From the NCBI GenBank assembly GCA_963725665.1, contig CAVRZA010000001.1, positions 320,001 to 384,000 of the forward strand: DNA of 64,000 nt, in the 5' to 3' direction. The notes under the pieces are model-generated. The model made no database searches. It saw nothing but the letters and a program-made list of their open reading frames with translations, and was not told where the DNA came from. Position 1 is the stretch's first letter. Each line of letters starts with the position of its first letter. Both the position numbers and the translations under genes were made by a program. This DNA is from an uncultured Actinomycetes bacterium. Lineage in GTDB: Bacteria; Actinomycetota; Thermoleophilia; UBA2241. This document shows positions 50,617 through 60,422 of this stretch, one piece after another.

Positions 50617-51144
50617 GTGGCAGAGACCACCGGACGCAGCATGTGGCCGGCCCTCCTCGGGGGCATCGGCCTGCTCGTGCTCGGCATCATCCTTGTAGCG
50701 TGGCCGGGCATCACGCTCGCCACGCTCATCTACCTGTTCGGCTTCTTGATCCTGTTCGCCGGCGGCATGTACGCGATCGCCGCTCTGCTTGGGGCAGCGG
50801 GCCACCGTCTCTGGGGCTTTGTCGGCGGGGCGCTGGCGGCGGTCTTCGGGATTATCATCCTGGTCTGGCCCGGCCTCACGGCGCTGACGCTCATCTACAT
50901 CATCGGCATCTGGGCGCTGGCCGCCGGCGTCTCCGACCTCGTGGGCGTCTTCGCGGCCGATCTGAGCGGCGGTCACCGCGCTCTCCTGGCGGTGGTCGGT
51001 GTCGCCTCGATCCTTTTCGGCATGATCTTCCTCTTCCATCCCGGCGGGGGCGCCCTCGCGTTCCTGTGGGTGATCGGGCTCTACCTCATCGTCATTGGCG
51101 TCCTGAGGATCGGCGGGTCGCTCTTTTCGCGCGCCTCCGGCTAG
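50617..51144 (+). CDS. HdeD/DUF308 membrane protein
   Basis: Six TMs with repeated WPG/HPG motifs. Confidence 0.85.
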   Translation: MAETTGRSMWPALLGGIGLLVLGIILVAWPGITLATLIYLFGFLILFAGGMYAIAALLGAAGHRLWGFVGGALAAVFGIIILVWPGLTALTLIYIIGIWALAAGVSDLVGVFAADLSGGHRALLAVVGVASILFGMIFLFHPGGGALAFLWVIGLYLIVIGVLRIGGSLFSRASG

Positions 51145-51190
51145 GGTGACTGGAGAAGGGCCCCTGACAGCGGGGACGAGGAGATGAACT

Positions 51191-51248
51191 GACGCGGGCG
51201 CGGCCCGCGGGGGGCCTCCTCGTGCGCCCCGCGGGCCGCGCCCGCGTC
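51191..51248. terminator. 22-bp-stem hairpin between convergent genes
   Basis: GACGCGGGCGCGGCCCGCGGGG-N14-exact reverse complement. Confidence 0.6.
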
Positions 51249-51288
51249 GTCGGCGCCGCGCCTGCCGGCGCGGCGCCACCCCCCCCAA

Positions 51289-51558
51289 TTAGTCGCGCAG
51301 TGTCGACGCCAGGGCATCGATCTCCTTGGGCGTTCCCCGATCGGCTTTGCTCAGCAGGCGACGCATCAGCTCGAGGAGAGCGGCGTTGGCGTCGTTGACG
51401 GCCTTCACCGCGGTTTCGAGCTCGGCGAGGCCGGCCTCGATCTCGTCCTGGTGGACGGACCAGGGTCCCTGGTCTTCGAGCGGCACCACGGCCATCGGCG
51501 TGCAGGGGCGGACCGCGTGCCATAGGCTCGCTGTCGCTCTATAGGTGTCTGCGTTCAT
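51289..51558 (-). CDS. Hypothetical helical protein (89 aa)
   Basis: SD GGGGGA, coding-like codon use, amphipathic helix EIEAGLAELETAVKAVNDANAALLELM. Confidence 0.5.
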   Translation of the reverse strand: MNADTYRATASLWHAVRPCTPMAVVPLEDQGPWSVHQDEIEAGLAELETAVKAVNDANAALLELMRRLLSKADRGTPKEIDALASTLRD

Positions 51559-51695
51559 GGAGAAGTCCCCCAGACTCCGTTTCCGTGTTCGCAGGATACA
51601 CCGGGCGCCCGCGGAGGGCCTTCTTTTGCAGGCAGATTGCGTTGTCACGACGGAAAACCAGGGCGGCGGGAGCTACCCGAATGGCGTCGTGGCGC

Positions 51696-52175
51696 CTAGG
51701 TGGAGGCAGGCAGTCGCTTCCAGAACGAGGCCAACGCGGCGAGCTCCTCGGTCTCGAAGGCGCTGAGGAAGAGTCGCCGCACGCCGCGACGGTGAGTCGG
51801 CCGCGCCTCGTCCAGGCGCGCTAGCCCCTCCTCGGTCGCGACGGCGAAGTAGCCGCGCCGGTCGGAGTCGCAGCGCTCGCGGCGCACGAGCCCCGCCGCT
51901 GCCATACGGTCGACGAGGCGGGTGACGCCGCTCGGCGTGAGGAGCACCGAAGTAGAGAGCTCGGCCATGCGCAGCATGCGCCGAGGGGCATCGTCGAGAA
52001 CGACGAGGACGTCATACCACGCGAGCGGCAGACCGTGGCGCTCGCGGAGCTCCGCGTCTAGGTCGCGCACGAGCTCGGCGTGCGCGCGCAGGAAACCGCG
52101 CCATGCGCCGAGCTCGGTGGGGTTGAACCTCGCGCTCGCTGCGGGTTCTGGTTTCGAAAGCCGCTGCTGGGGCAA
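51696..52175 (-). CDS. MarR-family regulator
   Basis: AWRGFLRAH, YDVL, SGVTRLVDRM, DRRG; TTG start after AAGGAG. Confidence 0.9.
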   Translation of the reverse strand: MPQQRLSKPEPAASARFNPTELGAWRGFLRAHAELVRDLDAELRERHGLPLAWYDVLVVLDDAPRRMLRMAELSTSVLLTPSGVTRLVDRMAAAGLVRRERCDSDRRGYFAVATEEGLARLDEARPTHRRGVRRLFLSAFETEELAALASFWKRLPAST

Positions 52176-52278
52176 GCCATCTCCTTGACGCTACAACTAT
52201 ACCTCTACCCGGCCTGGGCTCGTCGCACGCCTCACCACGGCGGGCGAGAGGGCGGCCGGAAAGGGGAGAGGAGAGGGC

Positions 52279-53190
52279 ATGCGGCTGGACGGCATCCATC
52301 ACATCACCGCCATCACCGGCGACGCCCAGCAGGCCATCGACTACTACGGCGGCCTACTGGGTCTGCGCTTCGTCAAGAAGACCGTGAACTTCGACGATCC
52401 CACGGCCTACCACCTCTACTTCGGCGACCAGCAGGGCTCGCCGGGAAGCATCCTCACCTTCTTCGAGTACCCCGGCGCGCCCGTAGGCCGTCCGGGAGCG
52501 GGCATGATCCACCGCCTCGCCTGGCGCGTCGGAGATGGGGCGGCGCTCGACTTCTGGCAGGAGCGGTTGACGAGGGCGGGGGTGCCCGCTCGCCGCAAGG
52601 ACTCTTCATTGCGCTTCAGCGACCCGGAGGGACTCGAGCTCGAGCTTGTCGCTCCCGCCGGCGAAGACCAGCCGCTGCTCGCCGCCGCCGCGACGATCCC
52701 CGAGCGGCATCGTCTGCTGGGGTTCGCTGGAGTGAGGGCCTACGCCGCACGCCCCGAGGGCAGCCCGGATCTGCTCGGCGGCGTCCTCGGCTTCGAGCAG
52801 TCCGGTCGGGAGTGGACGCTGGCCGGCGGGCGGCGCGTCGCCGGCTACGCCTACGACGCGCCGCCCGAGCGCCGCGGGGTGCAAGGCGCCGGCACGGTGC
52901 ACCACATCGCCTGGGCGGTGCGCGACGACGAGCAGGCCGCGTGGCGGCGCCGCCTCGTGGCGGCCGGCGCCGCCGCCACCGAGATCATCGACCGCACCTA
53001 CTTCCGCTCGGTCTACTTCCGCGAGCCGAGCGGCGTGCTTTTCGAGCTCGCCACCTTGGGACCGGGGTTCACAGTGGACGAGCCCATCGAGGTCCTGGGC
53101 GAGGCGCTCAGGCTCCCGGCGCGGTACGAGCCTATGCGCGCGCGTCTCGAGGCAGCCCTGACGCCGCTCGAGACGAGGAGGGCGGCGTGA
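52279..53190 (+). CDS. Ring-cleaving dioxygenase, VOC family (MhqO/PcpA/LinE-like)
   Basis: GIHHITAI, VKKTVNFDDP.AYHLYFGD, GTVHHIAW, DRTYFRSVYFREPSGVLFELAT. Confidence 0.92.
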   Translation: MRLDGIHHITAITGDAQQAIDYYGGLLGLRFVKKTVNFDDPTAYHLYFGDQQGSPGSILTFFEYPGAPVGRPGAGMIHRLAWRVGDGAALDFWQERLTRAGVPARRKDSSLRFSDPEGLELELVAPAGEDQPLLAAAATIPERHRLLGFAGVRAYAARPEGSPDLLGGVLGFEQSGREWTLAGGRRVAGYAYDAPPERRGVQGAGTVHHIAWAVRDDEQAAWRRRLVAAGAAATEIIDRTYFRSVYFREPSGVLFELATLGPGFTVDEPIEVLGEALRLPARYEPMRARLEAALTPLETRRAA

Positions 53191-53831
53191 CGACGCTCCC
53201 GTTCACGATGAGGCCGGCCGTGGGGCGGCCCGAGGGCGCTCTGGTGCTGCTGCACGGGCGGGGCGCCGACGAACACGACCTGCTGCCGCTGCTCGATGAG
53301 CTCGACCCCGACCGGCGCCTCGTCGGGGTCTCACCGGGAGCGCCGCTGCAGCTCGGCGCCGGTCGCCACTGGTACGTGGTGCGCGAGGTCGGGCGTCCCG
53401 ACCGCGACACCTTTTGCGCCGGTTACGAGGCGGCTGCGGCCTGGCTCGACGATCTGCCCGCGCTGACCGGCGTGCCGCTGACGCAGACCGTCGTGGGCGG
53501 CTTCTCGCAGGGAGCCGTCATGTCGTACGCGCTTGCCCTCGGGACCGGCCGTGCGTCGCCGGCCGCGCTGGTGGCTCTCAGCGGCTTCATCCCGCAGGTG
53601 GATGGCTTTACGCTCGACCTCTGGGGCCACCGGGAGGTGCCGGTCGCCATCGGTCACGGCAGTCACGACCGCGTCATCGATGTGGGGTTCGCGCGCGAGG
53701 CGCACGCTCTGCTCTCGGCCGCCGGCCTGAGCGTCCTCTACCACGAGTCGCCGATGGTCCACACGATCGATCCGTCGTTCGCGCGCGAGCTCTCGCGCTG
53801 GTTGTCGCTGAGGCTCGACCTCGCGGCCTGA
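53187..53831 (+). CDS. Phospholipase/carboxylesterase (MhqD-like)
   Basis: LLHGRG, GFSQGA, HGSHDRVI, HTI; GTGA overlap with the dioxygenase. Confidence 0.88.
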   Translation: MTTLPFTMRPAVGRPEGALVLLHGRGADEHDLLPLLDELDPDRRLVGVSPGAPLQLGAGRHWYVVREVGRPDRDTFCAGYEAAAAWLDDLPALTGVPLTQTVVGGFSQGAVMSYALALGTGRASPAALVALSGFIPQVDGFTLDLWGHREVPVAIGHGSHDRVIDVGFAREAHALLSAAGLSVLYHESPMVHTIDPSFARELSRWLSLRLDLAA

Positions 53832-53838
53832 GACGCTC

Positions 53839-54912
53839 GTGGTCTGGGAGGCGACAAGGGGCTTCTCGTGGCGCGACGGCGAACGGCTGGTGAGGTACGG
53901 TCTCGGCACGCGCCACGAGGTCGTGACGCTGCTGACCGCCCTGCGTCTGACTCCCTTCGTGTTGCTCACCACCCCGCGGTGGGAGGGAGTCCTTGCCCCG
54001 CTGGAGGAGGCGGCGACGGGCACCGTGCTTGTGCCGGGCGACCAGGTGCCCGTCGCCGCCTCCGCCGTGCGCGACGAGCTCGTGCGGGCGGGGACGACCG
54101 GCCTGGCCCTGGTGGCCCTCGGAGGCGGTCGCGTGATCGATGTCGCCAAGGCGCTCGCGGCCGCCGCGGGCGTATCGTGCGCCGCGGTCCCCACGACGCT
54201 GTCGGGCGCCGAGATGACCTCGTTTCACCGGCCGCTGGCGGGAGCACCACCGGCCGCGGGCGTGCGTCCGGCGCTGGTCGTCAGCGATCCGGCGCTCGCG
54301 GCGGGGCAGCCCGCGGCTGCGCGGGCCGCGAGCGCGATGAACGCGCTCGGCCACGCCATGGAGGCGCTCTATGCGCCGGGCGCCAGCCCGGTCTCCGAGC
54401 TGGCCGCGCGGCGCGGCGCGGCGCTCATCGCCCGAGGACTGCCCGTGGGTGAAGTCGGAGCCGGTGGCGGCGAGGGCGAGGAGGGCGCCGAGGGCGAGCG
54501 CGCCGCGCTCGCCCTCGGCGCCCTCCTCGCCGGCTACGCCTTCGGCGCCACGGGCGTCTCGTTGCACCACCTGGTCTGCCAGTCGATCGTGCGCACTGCC
54601 GGCACGCCCCACGCCGAGACCAACGCCGTCATGCTGCCGCACACGGCGGCGCTGATGGCGCGGCGCGAGCCGGCCGCCCTCGGTGCGTTCGCGGCCGCGC
54701 TCGGCGCACGAGGCCCGGATCCCGCGCAAGCCGTGAGCCGTCTGCGGCTGCATGCTGCCGCCACCGGCGTCGCGCGCCTCGCGGACCTGGGGCTGGCACG
54801 CTCCCTGCTCGCGGAGATCGCGACCGTCGCCGCGTCACGTCCCGAGCTGGCGACGGTGGCGCCGCCGCCAGGTCGCGAGGAGCTTCTCGCCCTCCTCGAA
54901 ACTGCCTACTGA
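53839..54912 (+). CDS. Iron-containing ADH family, maleylacetate reductase-like
   Basis: GGGRVIDVAK, VPTTLSGAEMT, MNALGHAMEALY, LHH, HAETNAVMLPH. Confidence 0.8.
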   Translation: MVWEATRGFSWRDGERLVRYGLGTRHEVVTLLTALRLTPFVLLTTPRWEGVLAPLEEAATGTVLVPGDQVPVAASAVRDELVRAGTTGLALVALGGGRVIDVAKALAAAAGVSCAAVPTTLSGAEMTSFHRPLAGAPPAAGVRPALVVSDPALAAGQPAAARAASAMNALGHAMEALYAPGASPVSELAARRGAALIARGLPVGEVGAGGGEGEEGAEGERAALALGALLAGYAFGATGVSLHHLVCQSIVRTAGTPHAETNAVMLPHTAALMARREPAALGAFAAALGARGPDPAQAVSRLRLHAAATGVARLADLGLARSLLAEIATVAASRPELATVAPPPGREELLALLETAY

Positions 54913-54932
54913 GGTCGGCCCTCGCGAGAGGC

Positions 54933-55145
54933 TCAAGCGTCCTCGTGGTACTTGAACGAGACCTTCACCCTGGCGCGGTAGGCGGTGACCTTGTTGTCCT
55001 CGATGCGCATGTCCAGCTCGGCGATTTCGGCCACGCGGAGGTCGTCGAGATGCGCAGCAGCGCGTTCGACGGCCTTCTTGGCGGCGTCCTCCCACGAGAG
55101 CTCGCTGGTGCCGATGATCTCGATCACCTTGTAGACACTGTCCAC
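54933..55145 (-). CDS. Dodecin family protein
   Basis: VYKVIEIIGTS..SWEDAA...YRARVKVSFKY; SD GAGGAGG. Confidence 0.9.
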   Translation of the reverse strand: MDSVYKVIEIIGTSELSWEDAAKKAVERAAAHLDDLRVAEIAELDMRIEDNKVTAYRARVKVSFKYHEDA

Positions 55146-55567
55146 TTCGCCTCCTCGTCCACTGGCGGTTGCTGTTGGGCACATCCTGCCACGTGAACCT
55201 TCCTCTCGTCACGAGGAGCTTCGTTGTTCGCCGCGTGTCGCCCTGCAGGATTGCCACGCGGCACCTGGCCGACCTGATACGGCAGCTCAAGGAGGACGCC
55301 GGCAAGGAGGCGGTCTCGGCGTAGGCCATCGTCTCTCGCGGCGGGCGCCCCGCCGCCGCGTCTCATCGCCGACCGACCTCACCAGGTGCGATCTCCCCGC
55401 GATCCTTGGACGTTCGTCGCGGGGCGACGCCGAGCGGCTCTCGCCGCGTGGCCCGGTCTTGTGAGTCGTCGCGGTTGGTACTAGCGTTCGCGACGAAAGG
55501 GTGCGCCTCTGCGAGAGCGGTGCGCCGCCCGGCTGCGGGAGCCGGAGACACGGAGCCAGGGGGTCAC

Positions 55568-57229
55568 ATGAATCGACGCGCTGTCACCGTCCTCTTCCTC
55601 ACCGGTCTTCTCGTCGCTGCGCTCGCGGTCGCGATGGCCGCGGCGGGCTGCGGTTCGTCCGGCGGCTCCGGCGGCGGCGCGACGCCGAGCGCGGCCGGCA
55701 GCCCCAAGACGGGCGGCACCCTTACGCTCGCCTACCAGTCGGAGCCCGAGACGCTCGATCCGGCCATCGCGTGGAACGTGATCGACTACGGGGGTATCGA
55801 GCACTGCATCTACGAGAGCTTCTTCCGCTACGCCGCCAAGCCGGGCGTGGCCGGGGCTGAGATCGTGCCGGCCATCGCGGCCGCCATGCCGGAGGTCTCG
55901 CCCGACGGCAAGACCTTCACCATCAAGGTGAAGCAGGGTGTCAAGTTCGCTCCGCCGGTCAACCGCGAGGTCACCGCCGACGACTTCAAGTACACCTTCG
56001 AACGCATGATGCGCCTGCCACGCGCGCCGGCGACCTACTTCTACACCGGCGTCGTCGGCGCTGTGGAGTACCAGGCGAAGAAGACCGCGCACATCAGCGG
56101 CTTCGAAGCCGTCGACAAGTACACGGTGCGCATCACGCTCAAGAGCCCCGACCTCTCCTTCCTCAAGGCGCTCACCATGGAGTTCACCGACGTGGTGCCC
56201 AAGGAGTGGGTCGAGAAGTGGGGCGACAAGGACTTCGGGCGGCATCCGCTGGGGACGGGGCCGTTCTACATGACGGAGTGGACGCCGGGTCGCCAGGTCG
56301 TCCTCAAGCGCAACCCCAACTACCGCGACAAGGTGTGGCTGGACGGCGTCACCTACGCCATGTCGTTCACGCCGCAGACGGCCTTCCTCAAGCTCGAGCG
56401 CGGCGAGGTCGACCTGCTGGGCGACAACCTCCCGCCGGCTGATATCCCGCAAGTCATGGCCGACCCGCAATGGAAGGGTAACGTGGCGACCCAGGCCAAG
56501 ATCGCGGTCATGTACTTCTTCATGAACGTCAACTTCAAGCCCTTCGACGACGTGAAGGTGCGCCGGGCGCTCTCCTGGGCCATCAACCGCGACAAGATCG
56601 TGAAGCTCCTCGCCGGCCAGGCGCAGCCCCTCTATCAGGTCTATCCGCCGGGCATGCCCGGCCACCAGGCCGACAAGAAGTGGTACGGCTACGACCCGGC
56701 CAAGGCCAAGCAGCTGCTCGCCGAGGCCGGCTACCCCAACGGCTTCAAGACGACCCTCTACACCGACAACGTCGACCCCGATCCCAAGATGCTGCAGTCG
56801 ATCCAGAACGACCTGGCGGCGGTCGGCGTCAGTGGGTCGATCAAGACGATGAGCAACGACACCTTCTACACGCTCGGCTCTCAGCCGACCAAGTTGAGCG
56901 CCGGCAGCTCGGTCTGGTACATGGACTTCCCCGACCCGGCCGACTGGATCGTGCCCCTGTTCAGCAAGTCGAACACGGTCGAGGGAGGCATGGATTGGAG
57001 CTTCTGGTGGGACCCGAAGGTCGAGGCCATGCTGACTGAAGCGCAGGCGATGACCGACGCGCAAGCGCGCCTCGCGAAGTACGTGGAGATGCAGGCCTAC
57101 ATCATGGACCAGGCGCCTTACGTCACGCTGTACTCGCCCATCACGACGACGATGTTCTCCAAGAACGTGGGCGGCTTCTACCTGCACCCCGTCTACGATT
57201 TCGACCCGCAGAGCTACTGGCGACAGTAG
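55568..57229 (+). CDS. Family 5 (peptide/nickel) ABC substrate-binding lipoprotein, orphan
   Basis: Lipobox AAGC; TLDPA, VTADDFKYTFER, GTGPF, RNPNY, PFDDVKVRRAL, YDPAKAKQLLAEAG. Confidence 0.92.
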   Translation: MNRRAVTVLFLTGLLVAALAVAMAAAGCGSSGGSGGGATPSAAGSPKTGGTLTLAYQSEPETLDPAIAWNVIDYGGIEHCIYESFFRYAAKPGVAGAEIVPAIAAAMPEVSPDGKTFTIKVKQGVKFAPPVNREVTADDFKYTFERMMRLPRAPATYFYTGVVGAVEYQAKKTAHISGFEAVDKYTVRITLKSPDLSFLKALTMEFTDVVPKEWVEKWGDKDFGRHPLGTGPFYMTEWTPGRQVVLKRNPNYRDKVWLDGVTYAMSFTPQTAFLKLERGEVDLLGDNLPPADIPQVMADPQWKGNVATQAKIAVMYFFMNVNFKPFDDVKVRRALSWAINRDKIVKLLAGQAQPLYQVYPPGMPGHQADKKWYGYDPAKAKQLLAEAGYPNGFKTTLYTDNVDPDPKMLQSIQNDLAAVGVSGSIKTMSNDTFYTLGSQPTKLSAGSSVWYMDFPDPADWIVPLFSKSNTVEGGMDWSFWWDPKVEAMLTEAQAMTDAQARLAKYVEMQAYIMDQAPYVTLYSPITTTMFSKNVGGFYLHPVYDFDPQSYWRQ

Positions 57230-57353
57230 GCTCGCAGGTGTCCGCAGTGCAGGCGTTGGCGGGGCGCCGCCCGCGGTCTCACCGTGCCCGCGGGCGGCGC
57301 GCTGGCGGCGGTCGTCGCCCTGCCGCGAGCTGGTTCGACGGCCTGGGGACGGC

Positions 57354-58337
57354 CTATGAGCCAGGGATGAGCAGGCCCATGGTCTCTGTCAGCCGCGCGT
57401 CGAAGTCGTCGGGTAGGTCGTGCCCCAGCCCGGGCACCACCTGGAGGTCACTCGCCACACCGGCGTCGCGCAGAGCGTCGTGCAGCGCGCGCGCATCGTC
57501 GAACGCCTCGTCGGTGTCGCCCACGATCAGGCGGCCGCGCGCTCCGCGCGCGGCCGCCTGATCGAGCGTGCCCAAAGCATCGGGAGCGACGTCGCTCAGC
57601 CCGGTGCCGATGGCCAGGAAGGCTTCGGTCCGCAGGGGTCCGCCCGCCAGCGCCCACGACACCGCGAGCCCGCCGCCCTGGGAGAAGCCCGCGTAGAGGC
57701 TGCGTCGTTCATCGACGCGCCGCCGCTTGTGCAGCGGTGAGAGGGCGCGAGCGACGTCGTCGCGCGCCCTCTCGCGGTCGTCCCAAACGAAGAAGGCGGG
57801 AGTGAGCTCCTGCGACGATTCGGGCACGACCACCGCCAGCCCCGTTCGCGCGGCTGCTCGCCAGGGCTCGACGAAGTCCGCCGTCTGTTCGCCCCAGCCG
57901 TGCAGTGCGACCAGCAGACCGGTGGAGGATCCCGTCGGCGGTGCCCCGGTCTCGGGCGCCCGGGCGGAAAGCAGGACGATCGCGTCCTGCGCGTGGTCGC
58001 CCGTGAGGTGCGCCGCGCGCAGGCGCTGCGACGCGGCGACGACCTCCTGGAGCCCGTCGTCGTCGCGCAGCGGGGCGAGGTCCTCGTCGTCGAGCAGCCA
58101 CTCCTCCGGCCACCAGAGCCCGTCGTCGCTGCCCTCACGCAGCACCGCCAAGGCCTCGTCGGCACGACCGAGGCGGCACAGCGCGCAGGCCATCCAGAAG
58201 GGGATCTCACCCCGTGAAGGAAATCGCCGGCGCAGGGTGTCGGCCTTTGCGAGGGCGCTCTCGTAGCGTCCTTGCGTGAAGAGGCCGAATACGTGTTCGC
58301 GCTGGGCGCGGAAGGTGGTTGAGCGAGCGGGCGGCAC
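57354..58337 (-). CDS. TPR-like N-terminus fused to an alpha/beta hydrolase
   Basis: ACALCRLGRADEAL helical repeat; ALHGWG, GFSQGG, GDTD, GLGH. Confidence 0.78.
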   Translation of the reverse strand: MPPARSTTFRAQREHVFGLFTQGRYESALAKADTLRRRFPSRGEIPFWMACALCRLGRADEALAVLREGSDDGLWWPEEWLLDDEDLAPLRDDDGLQEVVAASQRLRAAHLTGDHAQDAIVLLSARAPETGAPPTGSSTGLLVALHGWGEQTADFVEPWRAAARTGLAVVVPESSQELTPAFFVWDDRERARDDVARALSPLHKRRRVDERRSLYAGFSQGGGLAVSWALAGGPLRTEAFLAIGTGLSDVAPDALGTLDQAAARGARGRLIVGDTDEAFDDARALHDALRDAGVASDLQVVPGLGHDLPDDFDARLTETMGLLIPGS

Positions 58338-58483
58338 CGGAACAGCTTACACGCGAACAGGAGGCGAGGCGTCAAGGCCACCTCGTAGCGGGTAGAGTCC
58401 TGGGGAGACGGCCGGGATAGAATGCAGTTCGTCCCGCGGCCGTGGCGAACCACGGCGGCGAGCAGGGTGGAGGTATCGAGATC

Positions 58484-60193
58484 GTGACCGAGCGGACTGA
58501 CACGTCGCCGCTCCCGAGACGCGCTGGGGGCTCGCCGCCCGTCGGCTGGGTCGACACGCCGCCGTTTTTGCGGCGCGTCGCGGCCGGCGCGCGCCGCCTG
58601 GGTCTGGTGTGGCTCGTCCTGCTCCCCGTGGCCGGTATCACCGGGTTGACGCTGCTCCTGCAAGCGTTCGGCATCGTCGGGTGGGACGCGGCCGCGCATC
58701 TGTACAAGATCGCGCTGCTGCGCGACCATCAGTCGATCTTCTGGGACAACAACTGGTACGGCGGCGCCTATCCGGTCATCAGCTACGGCGTCGTGTTCTA
58801 CTACCTGGCGCAATACGTCAGTTACGCCTGGCTGGTCGGCATCTCGACCGGCCTTATGCCCGTGTTCTTCTACCTGTACTGCCGGCGCGTCTACCGCGTG
58901 GAGAGCTACCTGCCCTCCGTGGTCCTGGCGATCGTCCTCGCCTTCTATCTGGCGAACGGGCAGGACCCCTTCCTCTTCGCGATGTCGTTCGTGATGTTGG
59001 GCATGGTCCTCGTCGCCTACGACCGGCCGTTCCTCGCCACGCTGCCTCTCGCGGTGGCGCTCTTCGCCAATCCCCTCGCCATCGTCGTGGCGATCATCTT
59101 CCTTCTCGCGGACTTCGTCGCACGGCCCGAGCGGCGCCGCGTCTACGTCCGGCTCGGCCTCTACATGGCGCCGTTCGTGGTCGCAAAGGTGGTGCTCTTT
59201 GTCCTTTTTGCCGAGGCCAGCTCCTACATCTACTACGCACCGCAGGTGCTGCTGTTCGCCGGTTTCGGCCTCGGGGGGTTCGTCCTTGCCCGTGTCTCGC
59301 GCGATCCCGAGCGGCACGCCAAGGAGGTACTCTTCCTCACCTTCACCGTGTTCGCGGTGGTGACCGGGATGGTGCCGGGCAACCCCCTCGGCGGCAACGT
59401 GGGGCGCATCTTCTTCGTCTTCGGGGTGCCCCTGCTGCTCTCCGTGCGCCAGGTGTACCTGCCGAAGTACGTGGCCGTTCCGGTGATCCTCGGCTTCGCC
59501 GTGGGGCAGGTGGCGGCGCCGACCCAGCACTTCGTGCACGTCGCCGACCTTCCGTCGACGAAGGCCTCGTTCTTCGCGCCGGCGCTGCAGTTTGCCGGGG
59601 AGCACTACGAACCCGGCTACCGGTTCCACGTGGTGGCCCTCGACACGCACTGGGAGGCCTACTACTTCTCGATCAACGACTACCCCATCACCCGCGGGTG
59701 GTTCCGGCAGGAGGACGCCCTGCACAACGCCATCTTCGAGTCGACGTCGTTCACGGCGCGACAGTACGTGGCCTGGCTGCGGAGCATGGGCGTAAAGTAC
59801 GTGTTCCTGCCCAAGGCGCCGCTCGACATCTCCGGGCCCCGTGAGGCTCGTCTCCTCGCCACGACGCCGCAGTTCACGGTGGTCTACGACGGTCCCCGGT
59901 GGGTCGTCTACAGCCTCGCCGACCCCGAGCCCGTCGCGGTCCCGATGGGTCAGGGGGGCGCGATCAAGGTTCTCTACATCGACCACCAGTCGGTGTTCTT
60001 CGACGTCTCACGGGCGGGCTCGTATCTCGTCAAGTTCACCTACACGCCCTACTGGCAGGTGACCGACGGCGTCGGCAGTCTGACCAAGGGCCCGGGAGAC
60101 TTCGTCGTGCTGCACGCTTCGGAACCGGGCTTCTACGGGATGAGGGTGCAGGTCGATCTGGAGTCTTTGGGCCAGGCCGTGCCAAAGCTGTAG
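58484..60193 (+). CDS. Polytopic membrane protein, putative GT-C-fold glycosyltransferase
   Basis: SD GGAGGT; TM1 then WDAAAH..WDNNWYGG loop, about 11 TMs, C-terminal soluble domain (RGWFRQED, GVKYV). Confidence 0.7.
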   Translation: MTERTDTSPLPRRAGGSPPVGWVDTPPFLRRVAAGARRLGLVWLVLLPVAGITGLTLLLQAFGIVGWDAAAHLYKIALLRDHQSIFWDNNWYGGAYPVISYGVVFYYLAQYVSYAWLVGISTGLMPVFFYLYCRRVYRVESYLPSVVLAIVLAFYLANGQDPFLFAMSFVMLGMVLVAYDRPFLATLPLAVALFANPLAIVVAIIFLLADFVARPERRRVYVRLGLYMAPFVVAKVVLFVLFAEASSYIYYAPQVLLFAGFGLGGFVLARVSRDPERHAKEVLFLTFTVFAVVTGMVPGNPLGGNVGRIFFVFGVPLLLSVRQVYLPKYVAVPVILGFAVGQVAAPTQHFVHVADLPSTKASFFAPALQFAGEHYEPGYRFHVVALDTHWEAYYFSINDYPITRGWFRQEDALHNAIFESTSFTARQYVAWLRSMGVKYVFLPKAPLDISGPREARLLATTPQFTVVYDGPRWVVYSLADPEPVAVPMGQGGAIKVLYIDHQSVFFDVSRAGSYLVKFTYTPYWQVTDGVGSLTKGPGDFVVLHASEPGFYGMRVQVDLESLGQAVPKL

Positions 60194-60422
60194 ACCGTCG
60201 CGCGTGCGTGCGTGGGGTCCGTGACACGCGTCCCGGGCTACCTGGTGCGCGCGCCTTGCGCTAGACTGGGTACGTAGGTAGAGTCCGGCGTGGGGTGGCC
60301 GTTCTGGCGCTCCAAACGAGCACGATTTGCCGTTTCGGTCGGTCCGCGTTCCGGACGGTCTGCAGAGAGGAACAGTGGCAGCGACCACTGACAGAGCTCC
60401 AGAGTCCAGGGTGGAGGCTTAC

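Noticed and set aside
55330-55567. Riboswitch upstream of the orphan SBP
   Set aside because: GC hairpins are present, but no conserved aptamer motif (TPP, cobalamin, SAM, FMN, glycine, c-di-GMP) was recognised; an Rfam cmscan would be decisive.
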